From Camelus dromedarius (taxonomy: Eukaryota), in NCBI RefSeq assembly GCF_036321535.1, contig NC_087436.1, positions 73,720,001 through 73,784,000 on the forward strand: DNA of 64,000 nt. The letters are read 5' to 3'. The notes beneath the pieces are model-generated. The model was given only the letters and a program-made list of their open reading frames with translations, was not told where the DNA came from and made no database searches. This document shows, piece by piece, positions 50,408-63,635 of the stretch; the stretch's first letter is position 1; each line of letters opens with the position of its first letter. Both the position numbers and the translations under genes were made by a program.

Positions 50408-50959
50408 AAGAAATAAGATTTGTTGGACAGGGTTGAACTTTGGTAGTCCATAAGTCACTGTAATATCTAAGATTTTTTTGGCCCTCCAAGAACCAATTTT
50501 TGTCCCTTTGAGGACAACCCCTCCATTGAGAATGCATGCTGTAACAGATACTAGCATTGTCTATTACATGTTGTACATTTTTTGGATTGGCTTCTAGATG
50601 AATTATTAATGCTTAAATACAGTATCATGAATTTTTTTTGAAGAAAATGTGTGGTAACCTTTGACACAGCTTATTCATTTGGTTATGTTTAATTTTGGTA
50701 ATGACTGACCACGGGTAGGGTGGAGGTCCCGGCTTTGCTACTTAACATCTAATCATATTCACCTTAGGTTTCCTGGTTGGCATTTACCCCGGGGAAGACT
50801 TCCCTGATCTCCAGACTTGGTCATATGCTGTGTTCTCATGGCACCGCCCACCTGTCCTCATTAGACAACGTTATGTTATCTGCAATATTACGGTTAACAT
50901 CTCTTCTGCCACTAGAGCAAGGAAGGCTTAAGAGGGTCCACGACTGAACGCAGTGCTGA

Positions 50960-51539
50960 GCACCCACCAGGCGCTCAGTCAACACGCGCGCAGGAATGAG
51001 GGAAGAAGCCAGGGAATGAAGGTTCTGGGCCTGGCTCCGCACTGCGCCTGCGAGGTGCTACCGGGCTCTTCGGGGCGCGCGCACTGCGCATGCCCAACCA
51101 GCCCGCTTCCAGAACCTTCACTGGGGAAGCGGTAGTCGGAGCTAGAGCAGCTCACGCGGTTAGTTTCTCTGCTGGGTGTCTCTGCTGCCTGCGCTGATCC
51201 GGCGAGAAGCTCGTCGCGGGTAAAGGTAATGGTTGTGCGCCTCGGGATCTCTCCCCTCTGCTCCTGCATGTCCCCACACCGGTCTCCCAGGATGAAGGAG
51301 GCCGCGCTTCCCGGGGGACGCCGCGAGCTGGCCCCGGCTCGCAGTTTCCACGCAAGGCTTGGGCTGAGACCTGTGGGCGCGACGGCTTCGGAAGGGCCTG
51401 GTCACCTGGGCGGAGGCCGCTCCGCGAGGCTTAGGAGAGTGGTTCGGCCTTGGGCTGCAGTGACTGACACAAAGGTCTTCTGGGCAAGAGGAAGGAGCAG
51501 TTGGGGTCTGTTCCGAGTCTCTCGAGGCCTGAGTGGTTT

Positions 51540-51575
<36 letters not shown>

Positions 51576-51800
51576 TGTTTTTTTTTTTAATGGGCAAGTG
51601 GAGAACTTTCTCTGGTTACTAGCGGGACGGAGGCTGTGCCAAGCGATGGGACCGCTCCGCGTGGAACAGGTTTGGCCTGTCTGTGCGCGGGGAGGCTGGG
51701 CCCGCCGCCCTCAGGTTAGGCCTGTTCATCACTCGTTTCCTTGGCCTCCTTTGGGAAGCCGCCCCGAAAATTCTGACAGGAAACACGTTTCTGACTAAAA
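50960..51800 (+). promoter_or_regulatory. ART3: CpG-island promoter and non-coding first exon, probably the ART3 upstream promoter
   Basis: CpG-dense; NRF1-like TGCGCCTGCG (~51043) and TGCGCATGC (~51085); candidate donor AAG|gtaatg at 51225/51226. The name rests on synteny only (ART3 starts head-to-head with CXCL9 in mammals); no ART3 coding exon is in the window. Confidence 0.65.
51539..51573. repeat. (TTG)n microsatellite, about 11 units
   Basis: ttgttgttg... inside the CpG island. Confidence 0.92.
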
Positions 51801-54021
51801 ATCCCACTGAAGTGGCGTTTATGGCTAGATAGGGCTTTTAGGAGAAACAGAAACCTAGGAGGAGGACATTGCAGGCAGTTCTCACAGCCCTCGGAAGGGA
51901 GCCAAGGATTATCAGCCCTGTTAAAAAACAACAGATCATTCCCAGTTCCCTTTGGATGAAGTTTTAACCTCATTTGCCTTGAGAAAAATCCCACTTCCTG
52001 TCCTTGAAGAACCAAATGCTGAAGTCACCCTCCTGAGCAGAGCCGGGGTTCTGTTTTCACATGTGCTTGCCCGCCTCCTCCTTCCGTCTGTTTGGTTGTG
52101 GAGCCAGTGCAGCCGGTTCAATTATGTACACAGCGTGACCCTGCTGCAGTGAAAATCTGAGTCTTCCCTTTTACTTTGAAAGGGGAAGTTTCCCTCGTAG
52201 TGAAAACCCCAGACCTGTTTTGAGTTTCTTGCAGTGTGGACTTCCCCTCCTCTCAATAGCTATTGCTAATATTAAAGGATACTGACTTGAAAAGGGTTTA
52301 TTTCTTGAAAGTCTCAGAAGCCCCTATTTAGCATTCTGAATTTTCTTCTTTCCCTTTTTCTCCCCATGCAGGGAGTCGTTCCTTCCTTACAAAATATAGC
52401 ATGGGAAGCTGTCTGCAAGCACATCATGTTTGTGGTGGGTGGGCAATTTCATGTCCTGCCTGGATCTCAGGTAACAGAGAGAAAGGAACAAGTTCTTCCT
52501 TTATTGATCTTAATATCTGGCGTCCTGGTTTAAATTTTTTTTATCTAAAGTTTACCGACTGGATTAAGTCTGTGAATAAACTGTCCTGAGAGGGAATATC
52601 ACTACATACTTTAAAGGACAGCTGCAGCTGAATGCTGGCAGTAACACAACATTTTTGCTCTGTGTCCTTTGGCAACTCAGCTTATAGTCTGATAAAATAT
52701 AACCATAGTTATTAAGAAACTGCTGCCTAACTTGGAAAAAAGTTATCCTGAAAAGGAAGAAAATATTTTTGTTTAAAATATCCCTGTTCACTTAAAATGA
52801 TTTACAGTAAGATTGCTTTTCTAAGTAACTTTACAAGAAAAAAATCTGTTCTTCATTTACTGTTTATCATTCATTTATTTCATTCATCACACTTTTATTA
52901 TGATCATTCTAGGACACTAATATGAACAGTAATCTCTGCCCTCAAAAAGCTTACAGTTTAGTAGGAGAAAGCAGCATGTAAATTACCAATTACTGTAGAA
53001 GTGGTATGATACAGGATTGGAGACAGGTGAGGTGCATAGAAGGTCACAGCTCTGACTAATGGCCTTGAACACAGCTGTTTAAATTAGACCTGGAAGGGAG
53101 AGTTGGTTGTAATCAGTTATTAGAAGAAGGTGGAAAGCAGGGAGGCATTCTGAGCAGGAGGCATGAAAAAGTATGCTAAATTTTAGAAACTACAAGAACT
53201 TTGGTAGGGGTGCAGGGTAGAGTGATAATGCGGGAGTGGTGAGAAATGAGGCTAGAAATGTAGCAGGAACCAGAGGATGAAGGGCCTGGTAAATCCCTAT
53301 GTGGTGAGGAGACAGTGAAGGATTTTACTTAAGGGAGTCACGTGAGAACATTCATAAACAGATACACATATACACCTATCTACATCTGACTCTTGTCACT
53401 AAGCAATATCATTTATCTTATTTTACACAAACATTTCCTGGTGTCTATGTAGTTTATATGTTTTAAAAATGTTTTTTTATATTTGTAGTCTGTCTATTCT
53501 CAGTGCTGGGCATTGTAGTTATTTCTGTTGTTTCAAATACTCTTATTTTTTCAGAGATTTTACTTTCTTGGTCTATTTCCTTTCTTTAAAGGTTTAGAGA
53601 CAAAGGTTAGAAACATTTTTATATCCTCTGTAACACTTTGACAGTTTACTTGTCAGAAAGATTAGACTAATTTTGTAATGCCTTATCAGTATGTAGATGT
53701 ACCAGTTTCCCAATTCTCTTGTCATTTATATTTACGTTTGTTCGTTTGCTATGTGAAACTTGGTACCTGAGGTCAGTGTTTATTTCACTTTTTTTTTTTT
53801 TTTTTTTACTTATCAGCTTTTTAGTTTGTGTTGGCTTAATATCTGAATCTTCTACCTTTTCAAAATCACTTGTCAAGTGGAGTCAGGGTATTGAATTTAT
53901 AAATGTATGTCAATTCTTTACATGTTTTGAATAGGACATTTTAATCTGTTTTCAGTTAAAATACGTACTTTTTCTATTTTTTGCCTTCATTTCTTGCATA
54001 ATTTTTATTGAAGTATAACAC

Positions 54022-54405
54022 ATGTTATATGGGCTGAATTGTGTCCCCCAAAATTCATATGTTGAAGTTCTAACTGCCAGGCTTCAGAATGTGACTGTAT
54101 TTAGAGATAGGGTATTTAAAGAGCTAATTAAGTTAAAATGAGGTCACTAAGATTGTCCATAGTCCATCATTACTGATGTCCTTATAAGAAGAGATTAGGA
54201 CACAAACATGTACAAAGAAGACCATGTGAAGACACAGGGAGAAGACGGGCATCATCAAGCCAAGGAGAGAGGTTTCAGAAGAAACCAACCTTGCTCACTC
54301 CTTGATTTTGGACTTCCAGTCTCTAGTATTGTGAGAAAATAAATTTCTGTTGCTTAAACCATTCGGTCTATGGAACTTTGTTATGGTAGCTCTAACTAAC
54401 TAACA
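54022..54405 (+). mobile_element. MLT1A/B-type solo LTR inserted in an old antisense L1
   Basis: tgggctgaattgtgtcccccaaaattcatatgttgaag...aataaatttctgttgcttaa...ttgttatggtagc; L1-like sequence continues at 54420-55200. Confidence 0.85.
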
Positions 54406-55479
54406 TAACCTATTTACAACCTATTACAAAAAATGTGTATTTATAGAAGAGTGCACCAGTATGGCTCAGTGAATTTTCACCGAGTGTCCATGGCATGACA
54501 GTATCCTCTTCTTTCCCAAAGATAATTTGTATCATAGATGAGTTTTGCCTATTTTTGAATTATATAAATGGCATTATATGGTATATCGTATTTAGTGTCT
54601 CTTTTCTTTTTCTAAATATTATATTTGTGAGATTCATCCATGTCATGTGAGTAGGAGTCATCATTTCATTTTAATTGCTCTTACAGTATTCTGTTATATG
54701 GCTTACCATAAGGTATCTTTCCAGTTGGTGGACATTTTGATTGTTTCCCATGTGAGGCTAAAATGAATATTACTATTGTGAATGTTCTTGTGTATATCTT
54801 TTGGTGCACATGTATATGCATTTCTGTTGAGTATACGTATTACTAGGAGTGGACTTGCTGGTTCATAGAGTGTGTGTATATTCAGCTTAAGAAGTTGTAC
54901 CATTTATGCTTCCACCAGCAGTGAATGAGAGTTTCATTGACTCTACATCCTCACATGTGTTTAATATCATCAGGCTTATTGTTTCTTCCTATCTAAGTTT
55001 TTCACTTTTAATTGTTCAGGAGTTTTTCATTGTTATAAAATACTGACTTCTGTTTATTTCTGTAATATATAAATATTCCATTGTTGATTGTTTCAAACTA
55101 TGAATTATTGCCTAATATAAAGTGTGGATTTAAGTTTCTTGATCTCCAAATTAATGTCTAACTCTCCCACCAAAGTTTGTTAAATAGTGATTTTTCTCCA
55201 TTGCAATCAGATAGTGGCTGGTTCTAGAGTCATCGGAAGGCTTTATTGGACTGGATATCCAAAATGGCATCACAGGCCTCCTCTATGTGGCCTCTTTCTT
55301 CAGCAGTATAGCCCAGGCTGTTAACTGGCCCCTGAAGACTCCTACATGTGGCCTGCTGCTCCAGCAGTATAGCTTAGGTGGTGGTGTCTCCACCTCCATG
55401 TCCTTCTCCCTCCATCCTTTCTTCTCCTTTTCCTCCTCCTCTTTCTACTTCACTGTGGTGTCATCTTTACCAGTATTCT

Positions 55480-56680
55480 CTGTTTTTTCATACTGTTTCA
55501 TTTTACTGCCTAGTGTCCTTTCATTTTAGTCTAAAGGACTCCCTTTAACATTTCTTGTAGGGCAAATCTAATGGTAGTGAACTCCCTTACCTTCTGTTAT
55601 CTGAAAATATCTTTATTTCTCCTTTGTTCTTTAAGGATAGTTTTGCCAGATGTGGAACTCTTAGTTGACAAGTTTTTAGTTTCAGCATTTAAAATAGGTT
55701 ATCCTGCTGCTTTCTGGTCTCTTTGGTTTCTGATGAGAAGTCAACTATTAATCTTATTGAGGATCCTTTGTATATGATGAGTCACTTCTCTCTCAGTGCT
55801 TTCAAGATTCTCTCTTTGTCTCTGAATCTTGACAGTTTGATTATTATGTATATCTTAGAGTTTATCCTGATTGAAGTTCATGAGTTTCTTGGATATGTAC
55901 ATTCATGTATTCCATCAGATTTGGGAATTTTTCAGCCATTATTTCTGTGAATATACTTTCTGTCCCTTACTTTTTTTCCCCCCTCCTTTTAGAACTTGCA
56001 TAATAAGTATATTGCTTTATATGATGGTTATCCCATAGGTCCCATAGGCTCTGGGTTTTTTTTCCCCCTGCTTCTCAGACTCAGTAATTTCAGTTGTCCT
56101 ATTTTCAAATTTGCTGATTCATTCTTCTGCTGGTCAAAACTGCTCGTAAGCCCCTCTAGTGAATTTTTCATTTCAGTTCCTAACTTTTGAGGTCCAGAAT
56201 TTATATTTGGGTCCTTTTTATAATTTCTCTCTCTTTATTGATACTCTCATTTTCTTTATGTATCATTTCCTCCAGTTTTCTTATATTCTTTGTACATGGT
56301 TTTCTTTAGCTATTTGAGCATATTTAAGACAGTTGATTTAACATCTTTGTCTAGCAAGTCCAGTGAATGAGTTTTCTCAGGGATGATTTTCTGTCAATTT
56401 ATTCTTTCCCTCTGAATAGGTTCTATTTTCCTGTTTCTTTGTATGTTTTATTTGTTGTTGTTGTTGAAAACCAGACATTCTGAATATTATAACACAGGAC
56501 CTCTGGAAATGTAATTCTCCCTTTTCTCAGAGATTGTTAATTTTGTTTGTTGATGGTTGGAACCATCCATTTGTGACTTTACCAAATATTTTTGCAAAGT
56601 GGGTATTTCTTGTTATGTGTGATTACTGAAATTTGTTTCATTATCTCATTTGGTCAGCTAGTGACTTGATGTATCTCTCT
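55480..56680 (-). mobile_element. Old L1 fragment (ORF1/5' region)
   Basis: T-rich on +; ttaacatttcttgtagggcaaatctaatggtagtgaactccc; tttctgatgagaagtca. Confidence 0.7.
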
Positions 56681-58277
56681 AAATATAGATTAGAAGAAGT
56701 AGAATGACAGACAAAGTCTGTTCATGTATGCTAGGATAAATTTTATTCAAGTAAGTTTCAGGAAGTTATTTTTGAGGCGTGAGTCAAAGCTGAATACCAA
56801 AAATTACTTTCGGATTTCTTCTCTCAAAATGAGGAAATTAGATTTTATCCTTTGCAATATATATTTAATTTATACTAGAAACAAGTAAATATTTTGTTCA
56901 TTGTTTACATGTCAGTGCCAACAGCCTAGTAACTGTTCCCTTCTGATCCCACCACTTATTGGTACCTCAAGTCAGAATCTAAACTGGTTGAATATGTCCT
57001 CATTTCCACCTTGCAGAATCAAGAGGATCTGCAAGTCATGAAACAGATGAAATAGCAAATGCAACAAAACTTAGCTTTTGGAAACTAAGAGCCCCTTTTG
57101 TATTGCACTATATAGTACCACAGAATTCAAACTTGATTTTAAAATAAAACATATACTTCCTTTGAGACAAAAAATGCCTACTATGTTCATAGTAAGCAAA
57201 TGTTAATATATAGCTTTTATACTAAGGCTTACTCAAAATTTTTTAATTCTACCTTCTGAGAATTCCTGCGAGCCAAGAGGATTGTATAAACTTTGTTTTT
57301 TGTAGTTTTTATTACAAAAATAATAGTTGTTACTGTTTTGTTTTTAAAATTACAAGATTGGGGATTTGAAACTGTATTTGCTACTCACTCCAAGATTGAA
57401 ATGTACTTGCTGGTAGGAGTGATGTTAGTGCTCCCAGTTGAAAATTGTGCTCTAATATTTCAACTCATAGTATAGTGTCTGCCATTGTGGATATTTTCTG
57501 TCTTACTTTTCTCCTCAGGTATTTGTGATATTTGTTAATGAGGCTTTGTGGTTACTTGTGTAATTTGTGAAAATTTATTTGTTGTTACTTTAATTGTGAA
57601 TTTTTATTTTCAGTGATTTAGCTAGATGTATACATTATGTTATTACTTATACTTCTGTTTTCCCAAAAATGTGTAATTCTAATTTAATTAGGCTTTGTTT
57701 TTATATTCCAAAACATGTATGCGATACTTCAGTATCTAATGATCTGTGACTTGATATTGTAATGTTTCTGGTATTTTCTATCTCAATCCATTCTTTCCCT
57801 CCAAGCTAAGTAATTGTTTTACTTAGTCTCAGAGATATGTTGAGCTATTTACAGAAGTCTTTGTGTGTATATGGATGGTGTTTGTCTACAATGCTGATTC
57901 TGTGATTCTTGCTCTCTGGCCAGGCTGAACTTCTACAAGTTCCTCAATAAGAATTTCACTTAGAGTTCAATTACTTTAACAGACAAGTACTTCATATTCT
58001 CCTTTCTTTGTCAGATCTTCCCTGAACACACCACAGCCCTAGGTCATTTCTCCTTTTCCTGAATAACTATTACACTTATTTTAGAATTTATAACATTGAC
58101 TCTTTTATCCTATTCTAATCAGTGTTCCTTCTCAGTAATGACAAGCATCAACAAAGATAGATGAGACAACATGGATCCACGTGCATTTCATTAATTTATA
58201 CTGATTAGTCATCAGGAAATATAATTGCTCTGCAAGGCCTGAATTTATTAACATACATATTTAGTATAATTCCTAAT

Positions 58278-58642
58278 TGTTCAAGTAATTAAACAAGGAG
58301 ACCATTAGATTGCAGTGGCTCTAATGCCTTGGCAATCTGCACAAGCAAACCAAAACCTAAACCAGAGTCAGTACTCTTGAATCTGAGAAAATGAAACTTA
58401 AGACAACCAATCACAACCAACCAAGTAGGCTTTCCTAAGTAAAGCAACGGCTTAAATTATAGCCAATCAGATAATCTCCTTGCTTTGCTCCCACTTTTTC
58501 TCTATAAAAACCTCTCCTGTAGAGCCTGTCATTGGAGTGTTTCTAATCACCTTTAGTTTGGCACTGCTGGATTTGAATTAATGTATGCTCAAATAAACTT
58601 TTGAAAAATTTCAATGTACGTGCCTCAGTTTACCATTTAACA
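58278..58642 (+). mobile_element. ERV1-class solo LTR
   Basis: TG...CA ends, repeated CCAAT boxes (aaccaatca, agccaatca), TATAAA near 58504, AATAAA near 58592. Confidence 0.65.
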
Positions 58643-59317
58643 GGACTATCCTTGTTCATTGTACAAAAGCCTTCCAAACTCCTCCCAAGTACTACTTCTG
58701 AGGTGGAGCTAGCTAGACCGTATATTATTCTTCCTCTGCTTATGGTTGACTCGTCCCTAAGTAGGTTTTTCTTAATAATATCATCATTAACAAGATAAGT
58801 CCTGTTAGCTACACAATTTAGAGTGGTGCATTCATAATTTAGTCTCAATTTTACCCTTTATTCCATTTAGTCAAAATATGACTTCGATTTCTGTTTATCT
58901 GCCATGATTGCAAGAATATAAGCATTCTTTAATTTCATCTTTAAAAATTTAACTTGTTTGTATCTGTGTAGTGTTTTAGTGATATTTACATGTTCCTTTG
59001 AATTCAACATATTGTATTTCTATTAACTATTTCTAAAATGTTATCACTTCAAGCAATTTCTTTTTTGATCAGTGTTACTTAAAATACTGGTTATATGAAT
59101 ATTAGAGTTTCCTACCTTTTGTTGCTGGTGATACTTGGTTTATAAATCTGCTCTGTTTCCTCAGTTAGATGATAATTTTAAGGTTATATACCATCTTGAT
59201 TATCTTTGTTTGCCCCATTGGAGCTTGAAGATGGTGGGTACACAGTAAGTATTTACTAAGTTGAATTTGATTGAATTGAAAATATTCCAGCAATGTTTCC
59301 CTTTTATCTCATGTAAT

Positions 59318-62300
59318 AATTTTTTAATTGAAGTGTAGTTGATTTATAATGTGTTTGTTTTTTGGTGTACAGCAGAGTGATTCCATTATACATATGTATA
59401 TTCTTTTTCATTATAGGTTATTACAAGTTATTGAATATAGTTCCCTGTGCTATATAATAGGACCTTGTCGTTTATCTATTCTGTATATATTAGTTTGTAT
59501 CTGCTAATCTCAAACTCCTAATTTATCCCTCTCCCTTTCCCCCTTTGGTAACCATAAGCTTATTTTATGTCTGTGAGTCTCTTTCTGTTTTATAACTAAG
59601 TTCATTTGTATTTTTTTTTAGATTCCATATATAAGTGATTTCATATGATATTTGTCTTTGTCCATCTGACTTCACTTAGTATGATAATCTCTAGGTCTAT
59701 CAAAGTTGCTGCAAATGGCATTATTTCATTCTTTTTTATGGCTGAGTAGTATTTTATTGCATATGTATTTCACAACTTCTTTATCCAGTCAGCTGTCAGT
59801 GGACATCTAGGTTGCTTCCATGCCTTGGCTATTGTAAATAATGCTACTGTGAACCTTGGGGTCCATGTGTCTTTTCAATTTGGAGTTTTCTCAGGATATA
59901 TGCCTGGGAGTGGGATTGTGGGATCATATGGTAACTCCACTTTTAGGTTTTTAGGGGATCTCTATATTGTTTTCCCATGTGTCTTCTGTTTTTTAATCAC
60001 ACAAACTTATTTTTTTTTCTTTTTAAAACTTCCTTTAACACTTTTTTTTGGGGGGGGTGTAGGGGAAATAATTAGGCATATTGTTTTCCATAGTGGCTGC
60101 ACCGATTTAAATTCCCACCAGCAGTGTAGTGGGGTTCCTTCTTCTCCACATCCTCTCCAGCATTTGTTATTTGTGGACTTTTTAATGATGGCCATTCTGA
60201 TGGGTGTGAGGTGATAGCTCATTGTAGTTTTAAGTTGCATTTTTTCAATAATTAGCGATATTGTGTGTCTTCATGTGCCTATTGGCCATCTGTATGTCTT
60301 CATGGAAGAAATATCTGTTTAGGTCTCCTGCCCATTTATTGATTGGGTTGTTTGTTTGTTTTTTTTGTTATTGAGTTGTATGATCTGTTTGTATATTCCA
60401 GAATTTAAGCCCTTGTCAGTCGCATTGTTTGTAAATATTTTCTCCCAGTCCGTAGATTGTCTTTTCATTTTGTTTATGGTTTTCCTTGCTGTGGAAAAGC
60501 TTATAAGTTTAATTAGGTCCCATTTGTTTGTTTTCGCTTGTATGCCTATTACCTTAGTAGACTGACCTAGGAAAACATTGTTAGGATTCATGTCACAGAA
60601 TGTTTTGTCTATGTTCTCTTCTAGGAGATTTATGGTATCTGGTGTTATGTTTAAGTCTTTAAACCATTCTGAGTTTATTTTTGTGTCATATGTGAGATAG
60701 TATTCTAACTTCATTGATTTACATGTGGCTGTCCAGCTTTCCCAACACCACTTGCCAAAGGGACTATCCTTCCATTGTATATTCTTGCCTCCTTTGTAGC
60801 AAATTATTTGACCATAGGTGTGTGGATTTATTTCTGGGCACTCTGTTCTGTTCCATTGATCCATATGTCTGTTTTTGTGCAATATCATGCTGTTTTAATT
60901 ACTGTGGTATTTAATAGTAAATTGTAGTATTGTCTAAAATCTGGGAGGCTTATACCTCCAGCTTCATTCTTTTCCTTCAGTATTGCTTTGATATTCCTTT
61001 TTTTCTTTTCTGATTCCCTATAAATTTCAGGATTATTTATTCTAATTCTGTGAAAAATGTCCTGGGTAATTTGATAGTGATTGCATTAAATCTGTAGATT
61101 GCTTTGGGTAGTATGGCCATTTTAACAATATTAATTCTTCGAATCTGAGAGCGTGGGATATCTTCCCATTTTTAAAAATCATCTTTAATTTTATCAGTGT
61201 TTTATAGTTTTCAGTGTATAAGTTTTTCACCTCCTTGGTTAGGTTTATTCCTAAGGTTTTTTTTTTCTGATTTTAAAAGGGATTTTTTTTTTCACTTCTG
61301 TTATTTCATTGTCAATGGAAAGAAATGCAATGGATTTCTGTATGTTAATCTTGTAACCTGCTACCTTGCTGAATTTATCAGCTCTAGTGGTTTTTGTGGA
61401 GTCTTCAGGGTTTTTCATATATAGTATCATGTCATCTGCATATAGTAAAATTTTTACCTCTTTCTTCCAATTTGGATCCCTTTAATTTCTTTTTCTTGTC
61501 TAATTGCTTTGGCTAGGATTTCCAGTAGTTTGTTGAATAGAAGTGATGGGAGTGGGCATCCTTGTTCAAGATTTTAGTAGGAAGGCTTTCAGCTTTTCAC
61601 CCTTGAGTATTATGTTGGCTGTGGGTTTGTCATATATAGTTTTTATTAGGTTGAGATATGTTCCCTCTGGACCCACTCTGGTAAGAGTGGAATGGATGTT
61701 GAATAATGAATAGATGTTGAATTTTATCAGATGCTTTTTCTACATCTGTTGAGATGATCATGATTTTTTTTCTTTTCTTTTGTTGATACGGTGTATCACA
61801 TTGATTTGTGTATGTTGAACCATCACAGTGACCCTGGGATGAATCCAACTTGATCATAGTGTATAATCTTTTTTATGTGTTGTTTGATTCAGTTTGCTAG
61901 TATTTTGTTGAGAATTTTTCCACCTATAGTCATCAAAAATATTGGCCTACAGTTTTCTTTTTTTGGCCATGTCTTTGTCTGGTTTTGGTATCAGGATAAT
62001 GGTTGGCTTCATAGAATGAGTTTGGGAGTGTTCCCTCCTCTTCAGTCTTTTAGAAGAGTTTGAGAAGGATCAGTATAAGTTCTTTGTATGTTTGGTAGAA
62101 TTCCCCAGTGAAGCTATCTGGTCCTGGACTTTGTTTGCAGGGAGTTTTTTAAATTACAGATTCTATTTCACTTCTAGTAATTAGTCTGTTCAAATTATTT
62201 ATTTCTTCTTGATTCAGTTTTGGTGGACTGTGTGTTTTTAGAAACTTGTCTATTTCTTCTAGGTTGTCCAAAGCTGGCATACAATTTTTCGTAGTGTTCT

Positions 62301-63635
62301 CTTATGATCTTTTTGTTTTGTTTTGTTATGGTATTGGTTGTAATTTCTCCTCTTTCATTTCTTATTTTATTTAGGTACTGTCTCTTTTCTTCTTGGTGAA
62401 CCTAGCCAGAGGCTTGTCAATTTTGTTTACTCTTTCCAAAAACCAGCTCTTGGTTTTATTAATTTTTCTATTATTTTAAGAAATTTCTATTTATTTACTT
62501 CTTCCCTGATCTTTATTATTTGTTTCCTGCTGACTTTACGTTTTGTTTGTTCTTCCTTTTCTAATTCTTTTAGGTGGTAGATTAGGTTGTTTATTTGAGA
62601 TTTTTCTTGTTTTTTGATGAAGGTCCGTATCGCTATCATCTTCCCTTTTAGGACTGCTTTTGCTGCATCCCATAGATTTTGTGTGGTTGTGTTTCCATTG
62701 TCATTTGTCTCAAGGTATTTTTAAGTTTCCTCTTTGATTTCATGGTTGACCCATGGGTTTTTAATAGCATATTGTTTAATAGCCATGCAGTCCTTTTTTC
62801 CTTGTTTCTCTTTCTGTTGTTGATTTCTAGTTTCATGATGTTGGTGATCAGAAGAGATGCTTGAAATAATTTCTATCCTCTTAAATTTGTTAAGGTTTAT
62901 TTTGTGGCCAAGTATGTGATCTATTCTAGGGAATGTTCCGTGTACACTTGAAAAGAATGTATATTTTGTTTTCCCTTTTTTTAATGTAATATCATGAAAA
63001 TATCAATTGAGTCTAACTGTTCTTTTGTGTCATTTAGGATCTCTGTTGCCTTACTGATTTTCTGTCTGGAATATCTGTTCATTGATGTTTGTGGGGTGTT
63101 AAAATCTACTATTAATTGTATTCCCACCAGTTTCTCCTTTATGTATGTTAATATTTGTTTTATGTATTTAGGTGCTCTTATATTGGGTGCATATATGTTA
63201 ATGAGTATAATGTCCCTTACTTGTGTTGATCTTTTTATCCTTATTTAGTATCCTTCTTTATCTTTCTTTACTGCTTTTGTTTTAAAGTCTGTTTTGTCTG
63301 ATATGAGTACTGCTACACTCACTTGTCATTTCCATTTTCAGGTAGTATCTTTTTCCATTCCTTCACTTTCAGTCTATGTGTGTCCATCACCCTATAGTGG
63401 GTCTCTTATAGGTAGTGTATTGTAGACTCTTATTTTATTACCCAGTCTGCCACTATATGCCTTTTGATTGGAGCATTTAGTCCATTGACATTAATGGTAA
63501 TTATTGATAGATATGTGTTTATTGCAATTTTACAACCTTGTTTTCTAGTTGATACTGTATTTCTTCTTTGTTTCTTTTTTCTTGGTTTGATGATTTTCTT
63601 TTGTATTATGCTTGAGTTCTTTTTGTTTTTTGTGA
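59318..63635 (-). mobile_element. ~4.3-kb 5'-truncated L1 with degenerate ORF2 and 3'UTR
   Basis: Endonuclease start (YLSIITINVNGLNAPIKRH, ORF 63430-63639); RT-region and C-terminal fragments (60319-60888; [18 protein letters not shown]); many stops and frameshifts; candidate TSD tcatgtaat at 59309-59317 and 63636-63644. Confidence 0.95.

Noticed and set aside
51160..51798. ORFs of 145 and 189 aa with poly-Thr or poly-Cys runs
   Set aside because: They are by-products of a stop-poor CpG island and the (TTG)n repeat, with no recognisable protein family.
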